A program made the position numbers and the translations under genes. The notes beneath the pieces are model-generated. The model was not told the DNA's origin and ran no database searches. It was given only the letters and a program-made list of their open reading frames with translations. Positions 51,593 through 60,066 of a stretch of DNA of 64,000 nt are shown here, piece by piece. Each line of letters begins with the position of its first letter. Positions within the stretch are counted from its first letter, which is position 1. The stretch is from an uncultured Verrucomicrobiae bacterium (GTDB taxonomy: Bacteria > Verrucomicrobiota > Verrucomicrobiia > Chthoniobacterales > JAFAMB01): positions 2,698,966-2,762,965 of the forward strand of contig CAWIPH010000002.1 in assembly GCA_963837955.1 (NCBI GenBank). Reading direction: 5' to 3'.

Positions 51593-54088
51593 ATGGCTCA
51601 GCACAACTCGTCGTCTAATCACGGCCGAATCGTGCGTTCGTCGCAGCAGAAAGGACCTGATCGCGATTTGATGCCTGATGGATCGGTGCCAGGATCGCAG
51701 TCACCGATAGAGCCTGATCCGGCCGAACAAGCAAAGCGCCATAAAGTCGCGGGCGGTTTTGGAGCGATCGTGCAAACCACGCGCTACGTCATAGGAAGAA
51801 TGGGAGTGACTCGCGGTACCTCGACGTTGCTCCGGCTAAATAAGGTTCACGGGTTTGATTGCCAGAGCTGCGCTTGGCCAAGTCCCGATGACCATCGCCA
51901 TATCGCAGAGTTTTGTGAAAACGGCGCCAAGGCGATATCGGATGAAGGGACGTTGCGCCGATTGACGCCTGAGTTTTTCGCGAAACACAGTATCCATCAA
52001 CTCCTCCTGATGTCTGACTTCTGGCTCAACGAGCAAGGTCGGTTGATCCATCCGATGATTTTACGAGTCAGGTCCAAGCATTATGAACCCATCTCTTGGG
52101 ACGAAGCATTCTCCCTTATCGCGGAAGAGTTGAATCGGCTCGGATCCCCCCATCAAGCCGCGTTCTACACATCTGGAAGGACCAGTAATGAAGCAGCTTA
52201 TCTCTACCAACTCTTCGCCCGGCAGTTCGGGACGAATAACCTCCCGGACTGTTCCAACATGTGCCACGAATCGAGCGGCGCTGCTTTATCGGAAACGATT
52301 GGGAGCGCTAAAGGCACCGTGACCCTGTATGATTTCGACATAGCCGAGGCAATTTTTATCGTCGGCCAGAATCCGGGCACTAACCATCCCCGGATGTTAA
52401 CTTCTCTGGAACGAGCAAAAAAGCGCGGCGCGAAAATCGTAAGCATTAATCCGCTCCCTGAGACCGGCAATTTTCGGTTTAAGAATCCGCAAGACTTCAA
52501 AAACCCGGTAACTGCGCTGAAGTCCACCTTTGGTAGTGGCACTCACCTTTCCGATTTGTGGTTGCCGGTAAAAATCAACGGCGATCTCGCCTTGTTTAAA
52601 GGCATCATGAAAGAGATGCTTGCGGCCGAAGACCAAAAGCCTGGATCGGTTTTCGATCACGATTTCATCACAAGGTACACCGACGGTTTTGAACCTTTCA
52701 TCGATTCGCTTCGGACCGCTCCGTGGGAGCCGGTTCTCGCGAGCTGCGGGTTGACCCGCGATCAGATCCGGCCGGCGGCGCAAATTGCGATGAACGCGAA
52801 GAGTATCATCTGTTGCTGGGCGATGGGCCTCACCCAACACCGCAACGCCGTGGCTACTCTGAGAGAAATCGTTAACTTTCTGCTGCTGTGCGGAAATATT
52901 GGGCGACCCGGCGCGGGCCCTTGCCGTGTGTGCGGCCATAGCAACGTACAGGGTGACCGGACGATGGGTATCTGGGGACAGCCGTCACCTGAGCTTCTCG
53001 ATAAGTTGGCGGAACGGTATCACTTCGAGCCGCCTCGTGAGATCGGAACCGATGTCGTTGATACGATCAAAGCTATGCACTGGGGCCGGATCAAAATTTT
53101 CTTCGCCATGGGCGGAAACTTCCTATCGGCAACTCCTGACACCGAATTCACCGCTGAAGCTCTACAGAATTGTCGTCTGACTGCACACGTCTCAACCAAA
53201 CTGAACCGTTCACATCTCATCACGGGACAGCAGGCATTGATCCTCCCCTGCCTCGGAAGGTCCGAAATCGATGAACAGAAAGGCGGTCCGCAATTCGTAA
53301 CGACTGAAGATAGTATGGGTATCATCAACCCATCTCGCGGACGGCTCCTCCCCGCTTCCGAACATCTGCTGAGCGAACCGGCGATCGTCGCCCGTCTCGC
53401 CCGGGCCGTGCTCAAAGAACGAAGCCAGCTCCCGTGGGAACAATGGATGAACGATTACTCGAAGATCCGCGACGAAATCGAGGCCGTCATTCCCGGATTT
53501 GACCGTTTCAACGAACGTATTGCGAAACACGTTTTCTATTTGCCAAATCCGCCGCGCGACAAGCGTGAGTTTGGAACAAAGAGCGGAAAAGCGAATTTTA
53601 CGATCAACCAACTCGAGATCCTCGATATTCCGCCGGCCCATTTTGTCTTAACGACGATTCGGAGTCACGATCAGTTCAACACCACGATCTACGGACTCAA
53701 TGACCGTTACCGCGGCATCTACAATGGGCGCCGCGTTCTGTTCATGAATCCTGAGGATATGAAGCAAGCTGGCCTTCAACAGGGCCAGCCTGTCGATATC
53801 ACGAGCCGCTTCGAAGGTCAGGAACGCGAGGCTCAGCATTTCCTGGTGGCCCCTTATTCCATTCCTCGACAGTGCGTTGCGACTTATTTCCCGGAGGGTA
53901 ACGTTCTCGTCCCGATCGGCAGCGCCGCCGCGATAAGTAATACCCCTACGTCCAAATCGATTATAGTCACCCTGACTCCGTCACCGAATGTCGAAGTTGT
54001 TCGCACCGAATTGTTCGCCAAGGTAGCGGAAGCGAAACGTTTGCCGGCCCAGATAGTCGCCGGGACCGCGAAGTTGGTAACGCGGTAG
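51593..54088 (+). CDS. FdhF/YdeP-family molybdopterin oxidoreductase (paralog 2)
   Basis: 831 aa, 'GFDCQSCAWP...FCENGAKA' Cys cluster, molybdopterin oxidoreductase body. Paralog of 30610-32898. Confidence 0.82.
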   Translation: MAQHNSSSNHGRIVRSSQQKGPDRDLMPDGSVPGSQSPIEPDPAEQAKRHKVAGGFGAIVQTTRYVIGRMGVTRGTSTLLRLNKVHGFDCQSCAWPSPDDHRHIAEFCENGAKAISDEGTLRRLTPEFFAKHSIHQLLLMSDFWLNEQGRLIHPMILRVRSKHYEPISWDEAFSLIAEELNRLGSPHQAAFYTSGRTSNEAAYLYQLFARQFGTNNLPDCSNMCHESSGAALSETIGSAKGTVTLYDFDIAEAIFIVGQNPGTNHPRMLTSLERAKKRGAKIVSINPLPETGNFRFKNPQDFKNPVTALKSTFGSGTHLSDLWLPVKINGDLALFKGIMKEMLAAEDQKPGSVFDHDFITRYTDGFEPFIDSLRTAPWEPVLASCGLTRDQIRPAAQIAMNAKSIICCWAMGLTQHRNAVATLREIVNFLLLCGNIGRPGAGPCRVCGHSNVQGDRTMGIWGQPSPELLDKLAERYHFEPPREIGTDVVDTIKAMHWGRIKIFFAMGGNFLSATPDTEFTAEALQNCRLTAHVSTKLNRSHLITGQQALILPCLGRSEIDEQKGGPQFVTTEDSMGIINPSRGRLLPASEHLLSEPAIVARLARAVLKERSQLPWEQWMNDYSKIRDEIEAVIPGFDRFNERIAKHVFYLPNPPRDKREFGTKSGKANFTINQLEILDIPPAHFVLTTIRSHDQFNTTIYGLNDRYRGIYNGRRVLFMNPEDMKQAGLQQGQPVDITSRFEGQEREAQHFLVAPYSIPRQCVATYFPEGNVLVPIGSAAAISNTPTSKSIIVTLTPSPNVEVVRTELFAKVAEAKRLPAQIVAGTAKLVTR

Positions 54089-54183
54089 CGATGCTTGAGC
54101 CTAAGACACCTAAGTCCCATAAGACTTATGAGGACCTATGGGTCACATGGGACTTAGGTGTCTTAGGAGGAACATCAGTCTAC
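54085..54183. repeat. Family-A element filling the whole spacer between two convergent genes; both GTAG termini supply the TAG stops
   Basis: Left end gtagcgatgcttgagcc (TAG 54086-88 is the stop of the + gene). Right end ggaggaacatcagtctac (cta 54180-82 is the TAG of the - gene). Perfect 21-bp internal inverted repeat at 54100-54120 / 54147-54167. Confidence 0.8.
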
Positions 54184-54518
54184 TTCGCGGCTCCCCGATA
54201 GACGATCGCCTGGACCCGCTCGAGCGTGACCAACCCGCCGGTAATTAATCCATCCAGCACGGGTAGAAAATCTCTAACTTTTTCCTCGCTATCGACTATC
54301 TCGATTACGATCGGCAAATCCATGGAGAGTCGAAGAATCTTTGTGGTGTGCAGATGACTCGATTTACCAAAACCCATCGGACCGCGGAGCACGGTCGCTC
54401 CGGCAAGTTTTCTTTCTCGCGCCTTCAACACAATCTGTTCGTAGAGTGATTTGCCCTGCCACTCGTCGGCCTCGCCGATATAGACCCGCAGGAGCATCGC
54501 ATCATGAGGGACATCCAT
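54180..54518 (-). CDS. DUF190 domain protein (CrcB-associated)
   Basis: 'LLRVYIGEADEWQGKSLYEQIVLKARERKLAGATVLRGPMGFG'. ATG at 54518. Confidence 0.78.
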   Translation of the reverse strand: MDVPHDAMLLRVYIGEADEWQGKSLYEQIVLKARERKLAGATVLRGPMGFGKSSHLHTTKILRLSMDLPIVIEIVDSEEKVRDFLPVLDGLITGGLVTLERVQAIVYRGAAK

Positions 54519-54534
54519 CTCTGTCTCCGAAGAC

Positions 54535-54924
54535 TTAACCAAGCACAAGCGTCGCTAACCACCAACCCGCCGCAACCATTCCGATACAGAGGATAGTTGA
54601 GAAAAAAATGTTGGCCAACGCTATCCAAAAACGTTTTTCGCGCAGAAGGTGAAAAGTTTGCAAGATAAACGAGGAAAAGGTAGTCAGGCCCCCGCAAATG
54701 CCAACCACAACGAAAGCGAGAACGATTTGGGCTAAGGCACGATGCAGCTCGGGTCTGGCGTAATTGAGTGCGAATCCGATGAGCAAACTCCCGGTCAGGT
54801 TCACCGCCAGAGTGCCAAAAGGTAACGTCTCTCCGATCCGTTGAGCCACCCAGCCGGATAAGCCGTAGCGCCAGATACTGCCAATGGCTCCCCCAACAAA
54901 AACGAGAAGGATCACGCCAATCAT
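54535..54924 (-). CDS. crcB: Fluoride channel CrcB/Fluc (copy B)
   Basis: Four-TM ~129 aa, 'GGAIGSIWRY', 'GICGGLTTFSSF' motifs. Confidence 0.87.
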   Translation of the reverse strand: MIGVILLVFVGGAIGSIWRYGLSGWVAQRIGETLPFGTLAVNLTGSLLIGFALNYARPELHRALAQIVLAFVVVGICGGLTTFSSFILQTFHLLREKRFWIALANIFFSTILCIGMVAAGWWLATLVLG

Positions 54925-55358
54925 TCTTCCCTCCCGTGCTGGAGCCGCCGCGCCAACGCTTCCATCAATCGCCCGGTCACAACGCAGACAAAATAGCCAG
55001 CGATAACCGCGCCCAGGCCGAGCAGGTGAGATGCGAGAATGTTCAGCAACGCTTCATTCCAGTCCCCGTTTTGCAACGATCGAAATGACAGGGCACTAAA
55101 TGCGCTGAAGGTCGTGTATCCGCCGCAAAACCCAGTCATTAAGACTAAGCGGGCGTTAGGCCCCAAATAGAAGCGGCTATCCGGCTCGGAAAGACCCTGC
55201 AGGGCTCCAATCAAGAGCGAACCGGTGAAATTTATGATCAACGTGGGCAACGGCGGCCACGAAGGATGCAGCCATTCGGCGACGCCGAAGCGGCAGAGGG
55301 TTCCGATTCCGCCGGCAATCCCAACCAATAAATATCGACGGCGTACGCCCTTCTTCAC
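54921..55358 (-). CDS. crcB: Fluoride channel CrcB/Fluc (copy A)
   Basis: 'GIAGGIGTLCRF', 'GFCGGYTTFSAF' motifs. GTG start; overlaps the downstream crcB by 4 nt. Confidence 0.85.
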   Translation of the reverse strand: MKKGVRRRYLLVGIAGGIGTLCRFGVAEWLHPSWPPLPTLIINFTGSLLIGALQGLSEPDSRFYLGPNARLVLMTGFCGGYTTFSAFSALSFRSLQNGDWNEALLNILASHLLGLGAVIAGYFVCVVTGRLMEALARRLQHGREE

Positions 55359-55556
55359 TCGATTTTATGTCGCGCCAAACCACCCTCTTCGCGCGGGTTC
55401 AATTCGTTGTCCAGCGAGTTGTCGTAACGCTTCTATTCACCTTTAGACAGAGTTATCGTGACGTTTTTCGCGCACGGCCACGGATCAACCCAAACCGGAA
55501 AAGTCTCGCGTACCATTCGCACTGGATTTTTTAGCCAGAACGGTAACTTAGCCCTC

Positions 55557-55898
55557 ATGCGCAGTTTGTTGTTATTTGCCCTGGCGACTGTAGCCAGCTC
55601 TCTTTGCCTTGCCGATGAGCCCACCGTTGATTCCCTCCCGACACCGGTGGCCAACACGCTTAAAGCGCAAGCTGGCAACGGAACCGTCCGAAACATTGAG
55701 ACATTTCAGTGGGGCGATTCCATCATCTACAAAATCGCGATCGACCAGAACGGGCAACCTTATCTGGAGCTGCAGATTGCAGACACCGGGCGGCTAGTTC
55801 GAGTAGATCAACTCGCTTCGGCAACGAGCGCAACGGATGATGATGATGATCAGACGGATGCTTCGCCGACACCGTCACCGAGTGCTCCTCCGCGTTAG
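55557..55898 (+). CDS. Small secreted hypothetical protein with acidic/Pro-rich tail
   Basis: ATG 55557 gives signal peptide MRSLLLFALATVASSLCLA, a beta-rich core, then a C-terminal 'TDDDDDQTDASPTPSPSAPP'. Confidence 0.5.
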   Translation: MRSLLLFALATVASSLCLADEPTVDSLPTPVANTLKAQAGNGTVRNIETFQWGDSIIYKIAIDQNGQPYLELQIADTGRLVRVDQLASATSATDDDDDQTDASPTPSPSAPPR

Positions 55899-55963
55899 CC
55901 AAAGCGCGTCAACATGAGGAAGCTCCGATCAATCCCCCGAAGGGGGAAGAGGACTCAGCCCGG

Positions 55964-56134
55964 GGTTTAACCCTGGTTTAACCCCGGGATCAGTCGTATT
56001 AACGCGGTATGCCCTGTAGGGGCACCAGGATCGAGCGTCACAGCCGACAACCCAATGGGAGCATTCTAATACTAGCGCCGCTTTCAGGGCGCAACGCTTC
56101 AAATACCTTGCCCGGGGTCAAAACCCGGGCTGAG
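55964..56134. repeat. Family-D structured element closed by ctcagcccgggg / cccgggctgag
   Basis: An 11-bp terminal inverted repeat encloses the hairpins cccggggtt..aaccccggg, gccc-tgtag-gggc, gcgcc-gctttca-gggcgc and cccggg-gtcaaaa-cccggg. Confidence 0.6.
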
Positions 56135-56203
56135 AAAGATCGCAGCCTGTCCGTTATAGCTTTTGATGCATCGCGCTCAACGACCGTGCGCTTTTGCGGC
56201 GTC

Positions 56204-56322
56204 GGATCATCGCGATCCACGGCGCACGAGGATCCGACGTCGCGCTCAAGCATTCTGCATCAGGCATCGAAAGGGCTATGTCGGACAGGCTGTGCGCCCT
56301 CCCGGAGAGGCAGAGAACCAGA
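56204..56322. repeat. Family-C element, degenerate copy with insertion in second hairpin
   Basis: ggatcatcgcgatcc, then ggcgcacgagga | ~60 nt insert containing 'gcatcaggc' | gtgcgccctcccggagaggcagagaaccaga. Confidence 0.6.
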
Positions 56323-56388
56323 AATCGGCATGATGCCGAGGCGCATGCGAGCCAGCCTGACTTTAGAAGATCAAACACGAATGGACTT

Positions 56389-56988
56389 TCACTTGTTATC
56401 GATGTCTTCCGGCGTATTCCAATTGGCGAACAACGGAATCTCTTCATCCCGAACCGGGTATTCGCCAACGAGTCGTTCGCTCAGGAGCCGCTGAACGAAG
56501 TCTTGCAGCCGGAGGTTTCGTTTCGAAATCTGTTCGATAGCAAAAGGAAGCGACGTCTTCGGGTAAACCGCGACGAGCGGTTCATAATGTTCGCCAATTC
56601 GCGGGACAATTCCGTAACCGGCACTGCATTTTTCGAGCAAGCTTAGCAAGATTGGCGCCTCAATTCGGGCAACGTCGACAGCCAAGCATAGTAGCAGGTC
56701 CGTAGTCGCCGCCTTCAGGCAAGAAGCGATCCCGCTCAAGGGACCAGCGTCTGGCCATTCGTCGTCAACTATTTTTGCACTGCTGAGATCTTCCGATCGA
56801 GCGGGACCGGAGCAAAACAGAGCCTCCGGTTCCAAGCTCCGCAAGACTCGAAGCTGCCGTACCCAGAGTGGTACGCTTTTACCCTCCCAGTTCACCGCGA
56901 TCTGCGCCTTATCCCACCCCATCCGAACCGAGCGCCCTCCAGCTAACAATGCTGCAGAAAAACTGCTTTTGCACTGGGCTTTCCCCAT
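56389..56988 (-). CDS. mobA: Molybdenum cofactor guanylyltransferase
   Basis: 'SAALLAGGRSVRMGWDKA' N-terminal nucleotide-binding motif, 'DAGPLSGI', 199 aa. Confidence 0.8.
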   Translation of the reverse strand: MGKAQCKSSFSAALLAGGRSVRMGWDKAQIAVNWEGKSVPLWVRQLRVLRSLEPEALFCSGPARSEDLSSAKIVDDEWPDAGPLSGIASCLKAATTDLLLCLAVDVARIEAPILLSLLEKCSAGYGIVPRIGEHYEPLVAVYPKTSLPFAIEQISKRNLRLQDFVQRLLSERLVGEYPVRDEEIPLFANWNTPEDIDNK

Positions 56989-57083
56989 GCCCGACCTTCA
57001 AACAGGGAAAAAGCTTTCGCAAGAACGGGCCTTCTGCTTCATCGTGCACTGCGGGCGCCAGAATGCGCGCCGCTCCTGGGTTT

Positions 57084-57884
57084 ATGCAAAATCGTATCGA
57101 TGAGCAGTTTGAGGCACTTCGTCGCAAGGGTCGAGCTGGGTTCACCGCCTATATCACCGGCGGAGATCCTAACTTGGAGCAGACCGTCGACATCGCCGTG
57201 GCGCTAGCAGAAGCAGGGACCGATTTTCTCGAGCTGGGAGTTCCTTTTTCTGATCCGTTGGCGGACGGTATCGCCAATCAGCTGGGAGCGCAGCGCGCCC
57301 TAGCCGCGGGAACCACTCTCCCAAAACTGCTCTATACCATTTCTCAGATTCGTAGCCGAATTCCGATACCGATCATTCTCTACAGTTATCTCAACCCGAT
57401 CTATCAATATGGATTCGAGCAATTCGAGCAGGACGCGGTTGCCGTCGGAATCGATGGACTATTGCTCCTGGACCTGCCACCAGATGAGCATCTGGTATCA
57501 GATCGGAGCAGTTTTCTGCACCGAATCCGCTTGATCGCACCCACTACAACCGAAGATCGAATCCGAACCATTGTCGCACGGGCCAGCGGCTTCATTTATT
57601 ACGTTTCACGAGAGGGCGTGACCGGAGAGCAAAGCACATTATCCGATTCGATTGCCGCCCAAGTAGAAAAGATTCGACGATATTCTGCCCTCCCGATTGC
57701 CGTCGGATTCGGAATCTCGACTCCAGAACAAGCCGCGCAGGTGGCCGCCCTGGCAGACGCTGTCGTCGTGGGGAGCGCGATCGTTCGGAGGATTGGGGAA
57801 CTAGCGAATGATCCTGCGATCGCTGTCAAACTCCGGGAACTCGTTCGGCCTATGGTGCAAGCGGTTAAATCGGCGCAGAAGTAG
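57084..57884 (+). CDS. trpA: Tryptophan synthase alpha chain
   Basis: ATG 57084: 'MQNRIDEQFEALRRKGRAGFTAYITGGDP', 'LELGVPFSDPLADG', 'YYVSREGVTG', 'GFGISTPEQA'. Confidence 0.93.
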   Translation: MQNRIDEQFEALRRKGRAGFTAYITGGDPNLEQTVDIAVALAEAGTDFLELGVPFSDPLADGIANQLGAQRALAAGTTLPKLLYTISQIRSRIPIPIILYSYLNPIYQYGFEQFEQDAVAVGIDGLLLLDLPPDEHLVSDRSSFLHRIRLIAPTTTEDRIRTIVARASGFIYYVSREGVTGEQSTLSDSIAAQVEKIRRYSALPIAVGFGISTPEQAAQVAALADAVVVGSAIVRRIGELANDPAIAVKLRELVRPMVQAVKSAQK

Positions 57885-58089
57885 CCTGGTGCTTCCTCCT
57901 CGTTCCCCCAAAGCCAAAAACACGGCGGGGCGTGTCGGTGATCGGTGAGAGGTGATTAGTGATTGGTGAAAGGGGGATGAGAGATTTCAGCCGAGGGGCT
58001 TGCCGATAGGCACCCGCCACTCGCCAATCACTTCTTACCTCTCACAATCGCTGCAGCCCTGGGTTCCTGAGCCAGGAGAATCAGGCTAC
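57881..58089. repeat. Family-A element, largest copy (TIRs + GGTGATT-type arms + conserved core); its TAG is the trpA stop codon
   Basis: gtagcctggtgc... left end (TAG 57882-84). Arms are 57934-57970 and 58021-58050. Core 'gagagatttcagcc..tgccgataggc'. Right end cctgagccaggagaatcaggctac. Confidence 0.8.
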
Positions 58090-58192
58090 GCTCTTCGAGC
58101 ACGCCCACCAAGCAATAAGGCCGCGCCATAGCGACGGCGGGACCAGTCCAGCGCGCAGAACCGTGAATTGGCCCAACGATTCCCGACCAAAC

Positions 58193-58223
58193 AAAAAAGG
58201 CCACATTGCCGTGGCCTTTTTTT
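58193..58223 (-). terminator. Bidirectional Rho-independent terminator
   Basis: aaaaaa-ggccac-attgcc-gtggcc-ttttttt, 14 nt downstream of the minus-strand stop at 58237. Confidence 0.75.
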
Positions 58224-58236
58224 CGATTCGAAAAAC

Positions 58237-58629
58237 TCAGGCAGTCAGGTTCGGGAACCACTTCTTCCAGAGTGGAGTCAAGAAAGGATATTCCCAGCGT
58301 GCGCCGGTAAATGCCTTAATAATACCGAGAATCCAGACAACGAAGTACGCGATCCAGAAGACAAAGAGCAGCAATCCAAGAAGGATAGCGAAGAGCACTC
58401 CGATTACCGGTATGTGCGCAAAGATTTGCGTAAGAATCGCAATCAGAAAGAACACAACGATAGCGCTGACCCCGAAATAGATGCTCTGTACCGCCCAGTG
58501 CCTGACGAAGCTGTCTTTCTTCTCGATGAAATAGAAGATGATTCCTCCAAGCGGCGCGAAGATTGCGCAGAGCCCAGCGGCCACGTTGGAGGGAAGTCCC
58601 GTATCGCTTGAAGCAGAAGGTCCAGACAT
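58237..58629 (-). CDS. DUF4870-like small membrane protein
   Basis: 'AAGLCAIFAPLGGIIFYFIEKKDSFVRHWAVQS' plus three further TM helices. Confidence 0.65.
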   Translation of the reverse strand: MSGPSASSDTGLPSNVAAGLCAIFAPLGGIIFYFIEKKDSFVRHWAVQSIYFGVSAIVVFFLIAILTQIFAHIPVIGVLFAILLGLLLFVFWIAYFVVWILGIIKAFTGARWEYPFLTPLWKKWFPNLTA

Positions 58630-58771
58630 AGATTATAATTATATAGGAGACAAGAATTGGGGGCGATCGTAAAATCCGCCCTCAGAATGTCAAGATTTCG
58701 TGCGCAAGAATCAAGACTAACTTAATTGTTTCGATTGGCAGGCGGCGATTTCGCGCTACTTTCCCCGCTCT

Positions 58772-59893
58772 ATGTTAAGCGCGGGGATCGTCGGTTTGCC
58801 TAACGTTGGCAAATCCACTCTTTTCAACGCGGTAACGCGGACGCGGAAAGCGGAAGCGGCTAACTACCCATTCTGTACCATTGAGCCAAACCAAGGGGTA
58901 GTCACTGTTCCGGACTCGCGGTTAGATCGGCTTGCCACCCTCTCGAAGTCTCAAAAGGTCGTCCCGGCTGCGATTGAGTTTGTCGATATTGCAGGACTAG
59001 TTCGCGGCGCGAGCCAAGGCGAAGGCCTGGGTAACCAATTTCTTAGCCATATCCGTGAAGTGGATGCAATCGTTCAGGTGGTCCGATGCTTTACGGACGG
59101 GGACATCCACCATGTAAGCGGGTCCATCGACCCAATCCGTGATATTGAAGTCGTCAACACCGAGCTTATCCTGGCCGATATCGCCTCTCTGCAAAAACGC
59201 GGCGACCGCCTGCAAAAACAAGTCCGTTCAGGCGATAAGACCGCAAAAGCGGAGGCCGCTCTCATCGAGCGGATTTTACCGCATCTGAACGACGGTAAGC
59301 CAGCCACAACGTTTCCGTACTCGTCGGAAGAAGCCGCGATCGTCCGCTCCTTCCTTCTGCTGACGGGAAAGCCGACAATTTTTGCCTGTAACGTCGCAGA
59401 ATCCGATTTAGTCGCTTTCTCCCAGGAGACCAAAACCGCGGCGTCTGAATACGTCACCCGGGTCAGCGATTATGTCACTTCGCATCTTTCCACTCAATCG
59501 GTGGTGATCAGCGCCCAAATCGAGAGCGAACTCATCGATCTATCCGCCACCGAAGCGATCGAGTATCTCGCCGGTTTGGGCGTAAAGGAGAGCGGAGTCG
59601 GAAGTTTGATTCGTTCGGTGTACGGCCTCTTGGGCTTAAGGACTTACTTCACCACAGGAGAAAAGGAAACGCGAGCTTGGACGATCCATGCCGGTGATAA
59701 GGCTCCGGCCGCCGCCGGGGTCATCCATTCCGACTTTGAGCGCGGCTTCATTGCTGCCGAAACCGTCCATTTTGAAGATCTTATTCAGCTCGGGACATTT
59801 GGTAAGGCTCGGGAGGCCGGAAAGTTGAGGATTGAAGGCAAAGAGTATGTCGTCAAAGATGGCGACGTGATGGAGTTCCGATTCAACGTCTAG
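58772..59893 (+). CDS. ychF: Ribosome-binding ATPase YchF
   Basis: '[16 protein letters not shown]' P-loop, '[12 protein letters not shown]', C-terminal TGS-like '[27 protein letters not shown]'. Confidence 0.95.
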   Translation: MLSAGIVGLPNVGKSTLFNAVTRTRKAEAANYPFCTIEPNQGVVTVPDSRLDRLATLSKSQKVVPAAIEFVDIAGLVRGASQGEGLGNQFLSHIREVDAIVQVVRCFTDGDIHHVSGSIDPIRDIEVVNTELILADIASLQKRGDRLQKQVRSGDKTAKAEAALIERILPHLNDGKPATTFPYSSEEAAIVRSFLLLTGKPTIFACNVAESDLVAFSQETKTAASEYVTRVSDYVTSHLSTQSVVISAQIESELIDLSATEAIEYLAGLGVKESGVGSLIRSVYGLLGLRTYFTTGEKETRAWTIHAGDKAPAAAGVIHSDFERGFIAAETVHFEDLIQLGTFGKAREAGKLRIEGKEYVVKDGDVMEFRFNV

Positions 59894-59988
59894 TAGCCTG
59901 ATGCTCTTGGCTCGGGAACTCATCGCTATAAAAGTGCAAGATCATCGATTCTCCATATCGGATCCCTGAGGCTGGAGCATCAGGCTAC
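59893..59988. repeat. Family-A element, minimal copy abutting the ychF TAG
   Basis: gtagcctgatgctcttggctcggg ... ccctgaggctggagcatcaggctac. The G of the stop codon is the first element base, and the element's own TAG is the next in-frame codon. Confidence 0.8.
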
Positions 59989-60066
59989 TTTGCCAGCGCG
60001 TCTCTGCCGATCTAGCCCGAAACCATTTTACACCCGGGGTCTTATAGGCAAGGTTCCGCCCTTACG

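Noticed and set aside
55359-55460. Fluoride riboswitch upstream of crcB
   Set aside because: Reading the minus strand, I could not find the conserved pseudoknot or loop sequences. The region cannot be called without a covariance-model search.
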